The translations under genes were made by a program, and so were the position numbers. From positions 1-31,529 of the forward strand of contig JBFRWD010000126.1 of assembly GCA_051439425.1 (NCBI GenBank): DNA of 31,529 nt, given 5' to 3'. Origin of the DNA: Synechococcus sp. Its GTDB lineage: Bacteria; Cyanobacteriota; Cyanobacteriia; Thermostichales; PCC-7336. How positions within the stretch are numbered: the stretch's first letter is position 1; each line of letters starts with the position of its first letter. Below, piece by piece: positions 17,894-27,159 of the stretch. The notes below the pieces were generated by a model. It had not been told where the DNA came from, ran no database searches, and saw nothing but the letters and a program-made list of their open reading frames with translations.

Positions 17894-19120
17894 ATGTCAA
17901 AGGAGCGTCTAATGAACATTAGGCCCAGAGTCCAGAAAGTCACGCTTGCCCTCTTACTGTTCGGAATGGGCTTGGGTAGTGGCGTCTGGCTTAAGGATGT
18001 CCCCCAGGCGACTCATGCCCAATCTATACCGACCGATCGGTCTACAGAAACAGCCGAAGTCGAGACCGAGGCACCGACGGACATCACCAATACCAATTTC
18101 ATCGCCAAGGTCGTGAATGAAGTTGGGCCTGCAGTAGTCAGCATTGATGCGACTAGAGTTGTCGAAGCATCAGGCTTCTCCTCATCCGAAAATCCATCAT
18201 TCAACGATCCAATGCTTCGAAGATTCTTTGGGGAGCTGCCCCAAGAGAATAGAGAGTATCGCCAACAAGGCAAGGGATCGGGATTTATCACCAGTGCAGA
18301 CGGCAAAATCGTCACCAATGCCCACGTTGTAGAAGGTGCTGAAGAGGTTACGGTGACGTTGAAAGATGGCCGTACTTTTCCAGGCCAAGTATTGGGTGCC
18401 GATCCACTCACCGATATTGCGCTCATTAAAATCGATGCCACAGATCTGCCGACAGTCACCCTAGGTGATTCCGATGCGGTGAATGCTGGAGACTGGTCGA
18501 TCGCGATCGGCAATCCGCTGGGCCTCGACAGCACTGTCACTTCAGGGATTATCAGCGCTGTAGGGCGCTCTCCCAGCGAGGTAGGGATTAGTGACAAGCG
18601 CGTACGCTTCTTACAAACCGATACGGCCATCAACCCCGGTAATTCGGGCGGCCCGTTGCTGGACGCCTCCGGCAAGGTGATTGGCGTCAACACTGCGATC
18701 TTAAAAGGAGCGAACGGATTGGGCTTTGCTGTTCCCATCAATACGGCGGCAAATATTGTTCGCCAACTGGAAGCATCCGGCAAGGTCGAACATACCTACT
18801 TGGGCATCGAAATGGTAGAGCTAAGTCCTACTCTGCAAGAGCAAGTTAATAACGATCCCAACAGTGGCTACTATATCGAACAAGATGAGGGGATTCTCGT
18901 GCGGAATGTGGCACCGGATTCTCCCGCAGCTCGGGCCGGTCTGAGAGCGGGTGATGTGATTACCCACATCGGTGAAGACAAAATTGTGACCGCCGAGCAA
19001 GTGCAGGAAGAGGTGTTTACATCTGCGGTAGGCCAGACTCTCGACTTGAAAGTAGAGCGAAATGGTCAGAGCCAGGAGCTTGAGGTGGTGACGGGCGCGT
19101 ATCCATCCGCTCAGAGCTAA
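17894..19120 (+). CDS. HtrA/DegP-family (HhoA/HhoB-like) serine protease with one PDZ domain
   Basis: TNAHVV, DIALIK, INPGNSGGPL triad; N-terminal TM or signal; C-terminal PDZ (SPAARAGLRAGDVI). Start may instead be ATG 17912. Confidence 0.93.
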   Translation: MSKERLMNIRPRVQKVTLALLLFGMGLGSGVWLKDVPQATHAQSIPTDRSTETAEVETEAPTDITNTNFIAKVVNEVGPAVVSIDATRVVEASGFSSSENPSFNDPMLRRFFGELPQENREYRQQGKGSGFITSADGKIVTNAHVVEGAEEVTVTLKDGRTFPGQVLGADPLTDIALIKIDATDLPTVTLGDSDAVNAGDWSIAIGNPLGLDSTVTSGIISAVGRSPSEVGISDKRVRFLQTDTAINPGNSGGPLLDASGKVIGVNTAILKGANGLGFAVPINTAANIVRQLEASGKVEHTYLGIEMVELSPTLQEQVNNDPNSGYYIEQDEGILVRNVAPDSPAARAGLRAGDVITHIGEDKIVTAEQVQEEVFTSAVGQTLDLKVERNGQSQELEVVTGAYPSAQS

Positions 19121-19243
19121 GTTACGGGAGCTTCCAGTCGTGCACTGAATAAGGCTGGGCCTTCGCCACTTTGCTCGGCGCTGTAGTCTGAAGCCCCCGC
19201 AATTTGCGCTTAGTGCCGCGACACATTCCCCGTAGTTTGAATA

Positions 19244-19265
19244 CCCCGCTCCGCAAAGGGCGGGG
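19244..19265. other. GC-rich hairpin between convergent genes; resembles an IS200/IS605 right-end palindrome on the minus strand
   Basis: CCCCGCTC-CGCAAA-GGGCGGGG; minus strand reads AGCCCCGCCCTTTGCGGAGCGGGGTATTCAA. Confidence 0.4.
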
Positions 19266-19300
19266 CTATTTCCTTTGAAATCGCAGTCAAGCAGACATCC

Positions 19301-19405
19301 TATAGCGCTAGGCAATCCGCTACGGAGAATTCTCCACTCATTTCGCCTTGTAGATTAAGGCTTTGAGCTGTCCTCGTACTCCAGACTTTACAGCGAATTG
19401 CTATA
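19301..19405 (+). repeat. Dispersed ~105-bp MITE-like repeat, copy A
   Basis: TATAGCGCTAGGCAATCCGCTAC...CAGCGAATTGCTATA; aligns without gaps to 22311-22414. Confidence 0.8.
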
Positions 19406-19425
19406 AGTCTTCGAGCTATCTATTG

Positions 19426-20103
19426 CTATAGATCTCCTTCGCTCCCCGTGTAGAAAACGTTCACCACTGTTTCGCCATCTGTATCGACAACGCATTCCCA
19501 AGGCGCTTCAGCACCGGCTACCTCGACTCGGACACTGGTGCCAGATTCTGCGCGATCGACACCAATCGTTGAGACATCTCCCACGCCGGTTTCATTGGCC
19601 ACTGCCGCAAGACAGTTTGACTCGGCGGGACTGACTCCGTTGGCACTAGTGCTGGCGCCACTGCTAGCAGTACTTGCTCCAATGGTGACTGACACCGTAT
19701 ATCCAACTGTTTTATCGGTGTCGCGGTCATTGCCCATCAGGTATACACGAATCGTGTAGTCACCATCCTGCGGCAGAGTGATTTCTCCGTATCTGTCAGC
19801 ACTCATAGAACCATTGAAAATAGCCTCTCCATCACTACCGGGGGGCAAGATGTTGAAGTAGGCAGTCCCATTTCCGTTAGTTGCATCGACAGTGAGAGCC
19901 ACCGACATCACCTGACCGCCGTTGGCGCGCAACACATAGTCAAAATATTCCTGCCCGGAGATGGTTCCATTTAAATTGGCCGAGTCGCTGCCGGGCTGAA
20001 ATTGAACGGTTGAGGTCAACTGGGCTAGCGATGGCTGCAAGGGGAAGACTATGGGGGCACTGAGAAACGCGCACAACAGTGAAGCTCTAGCAACGGTAAG
20101 CAT
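19426..20103 (-). CDS. Secreted hypothetical protein with a PPC-like beta domain and a small Cys-pair C-terminal domain
   Basis: Signal peptide from ATG 20103 (MLTVARASLL...SLA-Q); VQFQPG...DYVLRANGGQVM...LPQDGDYTIRVY; Ser-rich linker; C-terminal domain with two Cys. Confidence 0.75.
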   Translation of the reverse strand: MLTVARASLLCAFLSAPIVFPLQPSLAQLTSTVQFQPGSDSANLNGTISGQEYFDYVLRANGGQVMSVALTVDATNGNGTAYFNILPPGSDGEAIFNGSMSADRYGEITLPQDGDYTIRVYLMGNDRDTDKTVGYTVSVTIGASTASSGASTSANGVSPAESNCLAAVANETGVGDVSTIGVDRAESGTSVRVEVAGAEAPWECVVDTDGETVVNVFYTGSEGDL

Positions 20104-20207
20104 GGCAAACTCTTCGGTCAAGGGAGTACAGCTTGGGAAGATGGATCGGTATCCAGCTTTGCCATAGTGCCCTAGCCATACAGCGATCGGCAAAGCGATC
20201 GCCAATA

Positions 20208-21074
20208 TCAGAACAATAGATTCGTGAAGGCACGCCAAACTGCAATGTAGAAATTCCCTTCTGTTTCTCGGAACAGTTGAAAGGGGCTGTTGGGGGAACC
20301 AATGAAGGGGCGCAAGCGCCAAGCCAACTGCATTCCCACAATCGCGTACAACACAATCCAGACTCTGAGCAGGACGGTATTGAGAGACTGTCCCATCCGG
20401 CGAGATAGGTACAGACATCCGCGATAGAGATAGTTGACACCGTAGCTACCGCACAAGCCAAAGATCGCCACATGCATGAGCAACAAAAACGAGTAATTTT
20501 TAGTCGTCAGGGTAAAGAAAAAGGCGATCGGAGCCAGACTGGCCATCATGATTGACATCGCCCCGAGAGAGGTCTGCATCAGAGCGATGGTTTGGTAAAA
20601 GCGAAACTTTTGGCCGAATAAAATATTGAAGATATACAGAGATGGCAAGCAAATCGCCATCGTCAAGTTGAGCAACAGCGGCAGTTTGATGGCGGAGGAC
20701 GTCATCAGCAGAAAGCTGTGATTCATGCCCATTGTTGTGCCGTATAGCCCAGCTAGTGCTGCACTGAGAACGGACATCGAAATGATGATGCGCTTTAAAT
20801 CTTTTTGGCTGTAAATCTGTTCGAATAAAACCGTTTGGGCACGCAGAACATAGTCGAGGAAGTAAAAGGCCAGACGCAGCAGTCCCCGCTTGTGAATAGC
20901 ATTTCGCAGGATGGCAATTTCATCTTGTGTGGGCCGTTTGGCTGACCATTCGGCTTTTGTCAGAGCCTTCGCTGGAGACGGAGGAGGAGGGGGAGAGGGA
21001 TGGGGTTGCCCGTGTTGGAGTGAACCATTGATGGCAGGGCGATCGCTTTGGTTTTGCAGTAAGTTGTCTGGCAC
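20208..21074 (-). CDS. Conserved cyanobacterial multi-pass membrane protein
   Basis: About five TM segments; SSAIKLPLL, ICLPSLY, QLAWRLRPFIG, GNFY motifs; Pro-rich N-terminus. Confidence 0.8.
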   Translation of the reverse strand: MPDNLLQNQSDRPAINGSLQHGQPHPSPPPPPSPAKALTKAEWSAKRPTQDEIAILRNAIHKRGLLRLAFYFLDYVLRAQTVLFEQIYSQKDLKRIIISMSVLSAALAGLYGTTMGMNHSFLLMTSSAIKLPLLLNLTMAICLPSLYIFNILFGQKFRFYQTIALMQTSLGAMSIMMASLAPIAFFFTLTTKNYSFLLLMHVAIFGLCGSYGVNYLYRGCLYLSRRMGQSLNTVLLRVWIVLYAIVGMQLAWRLRPFIGSPNSPFQLFRETEGNFYIAVWRAFTNLLF

Positions 21075-21681
21075 CCGTGTTTCCTCTCAAACCGCCGAAT
21101 ATGTCGAAACAAGAACTTGGCATATCGGGTCTGATTTTAGACGTGACGATATACGGATATCGCTCCCGATCGAGCAGACTCAACTGTAGAAACAGGTTGT
21201 GTGAGCGGGGGAAACAGCAATTTTCCCGTAGCTACCCATAGATAAAGACATTGACAGCACTCAACTGTCACTGATATTCGCAATCGCTGCAGCCAGGCTT
21301 GCAGTCCTTAAGTGTTGATTAGCACTTTATTTATCGTTGTCCGCAGATTAAGAGCTAGTTGGTCAAGGCAAGTTTAAGAGGGTAGCAGACAAATTTGGCT
21401 GGATGAATCGCGTTCGTCGCTTTAGCAAGGATTTAGAGCTGTGGTTTACAAATTAGCTCTAAGAGACGTATTCGCTATGTTCTGTCTTGACTGTCTTGAC
21501 TAGAGCTTATTGTGATAGAGCTGGTCTACAAGCTCCTGCTCGATTGCATCAATACAAAAAAACACGCAGCTATCCGGGTAGGCCGAAATGGCTGCGAGGG
21601 AAGTACAAGCGTGAAAAATGCCAGCTTAGTACGCAAAGGCGCGTCAGCGATGACACGTACCTATTTGTCATAGTGTTCAGG

Positions 21682-22173
21682 CTAGAAAGATAACCCGAGT
21701 TTCAAACCGAGCAGAGCGTGAGTGGCCATGACCGCTAGGGTGGCGCTGCCCAGATAGGCGTGCATTTTCCGCAGTCCGGCCCGATCACTAAACACTTTTG
21801 ACAGCAACGAGTTGGTCGCTAGTAGAGCAATCACAACGGAACCGGTCCAGAAGTGGGGACTTTGCAGGATGGGTTGCTGTTGCATGACGAGGGAGAGCAA
21901 ACCACCGGTATAGCCAAGACTAATAAATCCAAACATCAGTTTTGCGATCGAACTGTGATCGGTCAGCTTTTTTTGTTTGGTTTCGTCATCCCGGCTGAGG
22001 CGACCGGCCCAACCGGCGTAGGCAGCCGAGCCTCCCATCGCAAACACCACAATGCCCATCATGAGGGGGTGTCCCCAGTGAGTGATGGGTGCGGGCAAAT
22101 CGAGAGATCGGAAGAAAGCGGCAATGGGCTCAAGCTTTTGGGCGAGGGCGATGCCTGCAGTAGTCATATCCAT
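21682..22173 (-). CDS. DUF4079-like membrane protein
   Basis: HWGHPLMM, SPHFWTG, HAYLG and HALLGL conserved His residues in four TM helices. Confidence 0.8.
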   Translation of the reverse strand: MDMTTAGIALAQKLEPIAAFFRSLDLPAPITHWGHPLMMGIVVFAMGGSAAYAGWAGRLSRDDETKQKKLTDHSSIAKLMFGFISLGYTGGLLSLVMQQQPILQSPHFWTGSVVIALLATNSLLSKVFSDRAGLRKMHAYLGSATLAVMATHALLGLKLGLSF

Positions 22174-22310
22174 AGCAAGTTCGAACGATTGAAGGGAGCA
22201 AATATAAACATTTATTACCGTACATCGAAGGTACGCCAGCTCCTGTATTCGTTGTGGCTTCTCTTAAGTTGCGAGGCTTACTATGCAAGGTGTTTCCAAA
22301 GACGGATGCT

Positions 22311-22414
22311 TATAGCGTTCGGCAATCCACTACAGAGGGTTATCTAATCAACTCTCCTTGTCAGTTATAGTTTTGAGCTTTCTACAGACTCCAGACCTCA
22401 GAGCGGATTGCTAT
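22311..22414 (+). repeat. Dispersed MITE-like repeat, copy B
   Basis: TATAGCGTTCGGCAATCCACTAC...GAGCGGATTGCTAT; colinear with copy A. Confidence 0.8.
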
Positions 22415-22640
22415 GGCAGCCAGCCTGAGAAGGATTGTGTGTCGGCTCAAGATGTGGGGGGAATGTTAATCCTCTCTGGCGATCGCCAGAGAGACGCTGT
22501 GCTTGTGCTACCGTTACATCTTGAATTTGTGGATTGGGTTCTGGGGCGTTACCCGCTCATCTGTCAGCCAACTTGTAGAGGTTTAGCGTGCCTCTACAGA
22601 CCAAAGTTGCCAAATTCCGCGTCTATCAGCAGGAGATCGC

Positions 22641-23642
22641 ATGACCAATCCCACCATCTCGGTCGATCGCCTCACGAAGGTTTACGGCGATTTCAACGCC
22701 ATTCAAGATGTCAGTTTCGACGTGCAGCCGGGGGAAATTCTTGGATTTCTGGGTCCCAATGGAGCGGGGAAGACCACTTCGATGCGCATCCTGACGGGGT
22801 ATCTACCGGCGACGTCCGGCACTGCGCGGGTGGCTGGGTACGACGTCACCGAACAATCGATGGATGTGCGCAAGCGGATTGGTTACCTGCCCGAGACGCC
22901 GCCGCTGTATTTGGACATGACCGTGCAAACATTTCTGAGTTTTGTGGCGGAGATTAAGGGGGTACCGGCGGGCGATCGCTACGCACGGGTGAACGGTGCT
23001 ATTCAGCGCTGCAACTTAGCGGAGAAGCGCCACAGTCTGATTCGAAAACTATCCAAGGGATTTAAGCAGCGGGTGGGCATTGCTCAGGCACTGGTTCACG
23101 ATCCCCCCGTGATTGTGTTGGACGAACCGACTGTGGGGCTCGATCCGAAGCAGATTATCGATGTTCGCAACCTGATCAAGAGTCTGGCGGGGGAGCACAC
23201 CATTATTCTGTCCACTCACATTCTGCCGGAAGTGAGTATGACGTGCGATCGCGTGGTGATTATCAATCGCGGACAGGTGGCGGCGACCGGAACCCCTGCA
23301 GAATTGAACCAGCAATTGCAGGGGCAGCAGCAGTTGCATCTGTCGGTGGGGGGCGAGCGCGACCGAATCACCCACGCGCTCTCGGAGATGCCCTCCATCC
23401 AAGTAGATCGGCTAGAGTCGTTGCCAGCCAGGGGCGTTCGCTGGAGCGTGCAGCTCACTCATGCTAGCGGTACTGACGATTGGATGCCCCAGGTTGCTGC
23501 TCGTCTAGTGGGGGCAGGCCTCAGTATTTACGAAATGCGCCAGTCACAGGCATCTCTAGAGGATATTTTCTTGCAGCTCACCACTCAGGAGATGGTCGGT
23601 GGCCAAGAGCCTATAGGGAGTTTGGAAGGCGCTGAAAGCTAA
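22641..23642 (+). CDS. ABC-2 transporter ATP-binding protein (GldA-like)
   Basis: GPNGAGKTT, LSKGFKQRVG, VLDEPTVGLDP, STHIL; RBS AGGAGA. Confidence 0.93.
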   Translation: MTNPTISVDRLTKVYGDFNAIQDVSFDVQPGEILGFLGPNGAGKTTSMRILTGYLPATSGTARVAGYDVTEQSMDVRKRIGYLPETPPLYLDMTVQTFLSFVAEIKGVPAGDRYARVNGAIQRCNLAEKRHSLIRKLSKGFKQRVGIAQALVHDPPVIVLDEPTVGLDPKQIIDVRNLIKSLAGEHTIILSTHILPEVSMTCDRVVIINRGQVAATGTPAELNQQLQGQQQLHLSVGGERDRITHALSEMPSIQVDRLESLPARGVRWSVQLTHASGTDDWMPQVAARLVGAGLSIYEMRQSQASLEDIFLQLTTQEMVGGQEPIGSLEGAES

Positions 23643-23749
23643 CGAGTGGCTTTCCGCTTCGTTTACTGTTTGCCATGTGCTAGCTGCCAAGTCCCGTCTA
23701 CTAGTTACCGTTACAAATTCAGTTGTTGTCGCTTGCTAAGAGGTTGGTT

Positions 23750-24538
23750 ATGGGTAGCGTCATCGCTATTTTGCGCAAAGAACTCCGCAGTTATTTTGGC
23801 TCCCCCACGGCCTACATTGTTGCGGCCGCGTTCTGGATCCTGTCAGGATTTTTCCTGATTGGCACTCTGCTGGATGCCATCCTCACCTCCGAGCAAGCCG
23901 ACCTGTTTGCCCAGCAGTTTGGCCAAGGGCAGGACTTTGATGCCGGTACCGTGTTCGTGCAGCAATTTTTGGGGGTGTTGGGAATTTTGTTCTTATTCGT
24001 GTTGCCGATGTTGACGATGGGGCTATATTCCGAGGAGCGGCGCTACGGAACGATGGAATTGTTGGCCACATCCCCGTTGACGAACTGGTCGGTAGCTGTG
24101 GGTAAATGGCTGGCTGCGATGCTGTGGTTTTTCACCATGTTGCTTCCCCTGATGTTCTGCGAAATTTTGGCCCTCAGCAGCACCGATCCGGGGATGAATT
24201 ATTTTGTCTGGGCGATCGCCCACTTGGGGCTGATTTTGTTGGCTGGGGTGATTTTATCGTTGGGATTATTTGTCTCATCGTTGACTGAGAATACGCTGGT
24301 GGCGGCGATCGGTACCTTTGGTTTGGTTCTGTTTCTGTGGGTGATTAATGCGGGGACGGAAGCCAATGCTGGCGCCATTAGTCGTGCGTTGGGACACCTA
24401 TCGCTGTTACGGCATTACCAAGAATGGCTGCAGGGAATTGTCAGTATCAGCAGTGTGGCATTGTTTGGCAGCTTGATTGTGTTTGGGTTGTTTCTCACCG
24501 TTCAGTCTGTTGAAACTATGCGCTGGCGACAGCGGTAG
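23750..24538 (+). CDS. ABC-2 transporter permease (GldF-like)
   Basis: KELRSYFGSPTAY; SEERRYGTMELLATSP; six TM segments; ATG 23750 preferred. Confidence 0.9.
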   Translation: MGSVIAILRKELRSYFGSPTAYIVAAAFWILSGFFLIGTLLDAILTSEQADLFAQQFGQGQDFDAGTVFVQQFLGVLGILFLFVLPMLTMGLYSEERRYGTMELLATSPLTNWSVAVGKWLAAMLWFFTMLLPLMFCEILALSSTDPGMNYFVWAIAHLGLILLAGVILSLGLFVSSLTENTLVAAIGTFGLVLFLWVINAGTEANAGAISRALGHLSLLRHYQEWLQGIVSISSVALFGSLIVFGLFLTVQSVETMRWRQR

Positions 24539-24569
24539 CTACGTCGCTGCACATCCATTCCAATCTTGA

Positions 24570-24595
24570 ACCCCCCTCCAGTTGTGGAGGGGGGT
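24570..24595. terminator. Strong hairpin, probable terminator between convergent genes
   Basis: ACCCCCCTCCA-GTTG-TGGAGGGGGGT, a perfect 11-bp stem 31 nt after the permease stop; no clear U-tract. Confidence 0.55.
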
Positions 24596-24615
24596 CTGCA
24601 TTTCAAAACTTTCTG

Positions 24616-24733
24616 TATAGCAATCCGCTGTATGGCAATTTGCAATCCGCGATGGAGAGCAAAGACAGCACCAAGCCTTGACTGGCTAGGAAAAAACTAA
24701 AGAGCTCTCTATAGCGGATTGCCGATCGCTGTA
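24616..24733 (-). repeat. Dispersed MITE-like repeat, copy C (inverted, with internal partial duplication)
   Basis: Minus strand reads TACAGCGATCGGCAATCCGCTATAGAGAG...CAGCGGATTGCTATA, with an extra internal GCGGATTGC. Confidence 0.75.
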
Positions 24734-24763
24734 TCTCAGAACAAGTGCGCTGAGTCGAGCTGA

Positions 24764-25636
24764 TTATTCCGCTGCCCCAATCACAAAGTTAAGCCGACGG
24801 CCTTCAATCAAGATGCCGCGATCGCTCACCAGCATCACAGAAATCCACTCGGCCCCCGGACGCGATGGAGCATCGGCACGCCGGAAAATTCCGCCTGCTT
24901 GCAGGGGTTGCAACGGCACCAGCGAGCTATCTAAATAGGTTTCGGATTTAATGGGTTCCTCTAGGGCTGCCCCCCGCAACAACGACTCTCCCAATGGTTC
25001 CTCCATAATGGCTTCCACATCAAATTCTGCCCCTACCGATACTGTGGTGGGAATGTTGACTGTCACGGCAGGAGGAGCATCGCCAGATTGCAATCGAGTG
25101 GATTCTTCCAGTACCTCTTGACTCGCCAGCAAGAGATTGCCATTGCTGTCTGACTCGTATTGGTTGAGAACGGTGTTGCTGGCCTCTAGCGCAAAATCTC
25201 CACGCTCCGAGGCTTGAGTGCCCGTGACATCTGTGGTGATGGTGGCCGAAAATCCTGTGGCTGTTTCTTCCCAGTTGTCAATTGTTGCCTGGTAATTCAG
25301 CTCGGAATGGGTATCCCAAAACTTCGTGATGGATGACGAGACCTCATCCAGCGTTAAGCCATCGCCATGCTCGAACCCTTCGCCATACAGGGCCATCACC
25401 GCATCGAGATCTCGTTCGTTGGCTGCAGCCAGCATGTCATCCAGGGTGGACTGGAGCTCTGCAGGGGTAGTGGCTTGGGCGAGATGAACCTGCGCCAGAA
25501 TGCGGTTGTCTCCCCGGTCGGAGGCGATCGTCTGGGCAAATACTGGAGTGGCAGTCAGAGGTACTAGGGCGGCGGTCGCAGCAGCCAAGGGTTTCCAGCC
25601 TTGGGCCAGTTGAGTGCCAAGTTCAAACCAATTCAA
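24764..25636 (-). CDS. Secreted NTF2/SnoaL-like fold protein, conserved in cyanobacteria
   Basis: Signal peptide ending VFA-Q; AAANERDLDAVMALY...HGDG; LQAGGIFR. TTG start is uncertain. Confidence 0.75.
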   Translation of the reverse strand: MNWFELGTQLAQGWKPLAAATAALVPLTATPVFAQTIASDRGDNRILAQVHLAQATTPAELQSTLDDMLAAANERDLDAVMALYGEGFEHGDGLTLDEVSSSITKFWDTHSELNYQATIDNWEETATGFSATITTDVTGTQASERGDFALEASNTVLNQYESDSNGNLLLASQEVLEESTRLQSGDAPPAVTVNIPTTVSVGAEFDVEAIMEEPLGESLLRGAALEEPIKSETYLDSSLVPLQPLQAGGIFRRADAPSRPGAEWISVMLVSDRGILIEGRRLNFVIGAAE

Positions 25637-25895
25637 GGGCTTACCCCTCCAAGACGTACGAGCAACTGATTTGCAATCGGCCGGTCAGTGCCTCTATCCA
25701 AACAGCTAATTAAGACAGCATCTGGAATGGACAGCCTGAAGCAGGGGGCGGCACTGAAAACCCAACAGTGACAAACTAGCAGCATTGACAAGCATCTTAG
25801 CAACCGGAGCGGATGGAGGATATGTTGACTCCTGCAACGCTGCGGGTTGTTTTGAGCGTTGCCGGTGTTGTCGGAGTTGTTGGGGTAGAGAAGCC

Positions 25896-27035
25896 ATGTC
25901 TGCTGAGAGCCGGTTGGAGTCTTCTCCAACGTCTAAACCAGTGTCGTCAAAAACGGTCTCGTCAAAATCAATGTCGTCGAAGCGATTGTTAATTGCTGCA
26001 AGCGGTACTGGCGGTCATCTTTTTCCGGCATTGGCGGTGGCGGAGCATTTGTCTGATGTTGATATTCATTGGCTGGGGGTGCCAGATCGCCTCGAAACTC
26101 AACTCATCACTGACTATCCCCTGACCACAGTGGCAATGTCAGGTCTGCAGGGGCCACCGGGGTTAGGTTACCTACGTGCCTTTTGGCAGCTTGGCATGTC
26201 GTTTTTGAGAGTCAGAAGTCTGCTGAAGGCTCAGAGGTCTTCGGGGGTTTTCACGACAGGTGGCTATATCTCTGCTCCGGCTATTTTGGCGGCGCGATCG
26301 CTCGGCTTGCCGGTGATTCTGCACGAGTCCAATGCGCTGCCGGGAAAAGTGACCCGCTGGCTGGCTCCGCGCTGCAGCATTTTGGCTTTGGGGGTTTCTG
26401 ATGCTGCGGCACAACTCACTGCGCCAGAGATTCAAGTCGTGGGCAATCCCGTCCGTCAACTCTTCAATCAACCCCAATTTCTCGATCTGCCCATTCCTGC
26501 CGGGGCACCCACGATTGTGGTGAGTGGTGGCAGTCAGGGGGCCAGGGGATTAAACCGTTTGGTGACCGAAGCCGCTCCAGCTTGGATCGATCGCGGTGCG
26601 TGGATTATTCACCTGACGGGAGAACTCGATGCTGATGAAGTGGCACGGCGTGCCCCCAATTCCCCGCAATACCTGCATTTTCCCTTTCGCCAAGATATGG
26701 CTGCCATCTATCAGCGTGCCGATTTCGCCATCTGTCGCTCGGGTGCGATGACACTGGCCGAACTGGCTGTCACCCACACTCCCGCCATCCTGATTCCCTA
26801 TCCCTATGCGGCGGAAGATCATCAATATGCAAATGCGATCGCCGTTGCCAACAGCGGTGCTGCGATAGTTCGTCGGGAGGGCGAGTTGATGGCGGAAAAG
26901 CTGGCAACTCTGGGATGCGAGTGGTTGGCCGATCGCGATCGGCTACAGCAAATGACCGCTATTTTGAAAACTCAGAGCCAGCAGGATGCCAGCCAAATAA
27001 CCGCTCAGCTAATACGCGACACGTTGCTCAACTAA
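25896..27035 (+). CDS. murG: Undecaprenyl-PP-MurNAc-pentapeptide GlcNAc transferase
   Basis: ASGTGGHLFPA, GGYIS, HESNALPG, GNPVR, GGSQGA, CRSGA, EDHQYANA. Start is ATG 25896 or 25971. Confidence 0.95.
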   Translation: MSAESRLESSPTSKPVSSKTVSSKSMSSKRLLIAASGTGGHLFPALAVAEHLSDVDIHWLGVPDRLETQLITDYPLTTVAMSGLQGPPGLGYLRAFWQLGMSFLRVRSLLKAQRSSGVFTTGGYISAPAILAARSLGLPVILHESNALPGKVTRWLAPRCSILALGVSDAAAQLTAPEIQVVGNPVRQLFNQPQFLDLPIPAGAPTIVVSGGSQGARGLNRLVTEAAPAWIDRGAWIIHLTGELDADEVARRAPNSPQYLHFPFRQDMAAIYQRADFAICRSGAMTLAELAVTHTPAILIPYPYAAEDHQYANAIAVANSGAAIVRREGELMAEKLATLGCEWLADRDRLQQMTAILKTQSQQDASQITAQLIRDTLLN

Positions 27036-27159
27036 AACACCGAAATAGTTTGGCGGTGCACCATTACGTGACCGGGACATTCTTGGCGATATTCCGTCAA
27101 TATTGGCGTTGAGCAGCAATCACCACGATAAAATTGCAACGACTTTCCCCTCTTCCTTC

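Noticed and set aside
18013..18783. 256-aa minus-strand ORF
   Set aside because: Entirely antisense to the well-supported HtrA gene; no motifs.
20104..20418. N-terminal extension of ORF 19426-20418
   Set aside because: It overlaps the 3' end of the upstream gene, and a good signal peptide begins at ATG 20103.
22358..22957. 199-aa + strand ORF
   Set aside because: Starts inside repeat copy B and overlaps the ABC ATPase out of frame; no recognisable motifs.
25944..25982. 15-bp repeats near the murG start (SSKTV SSKSM SSK)
   Set aside because: Real but minor slippage in a dispensable N-terminal extension or 5' UTR.
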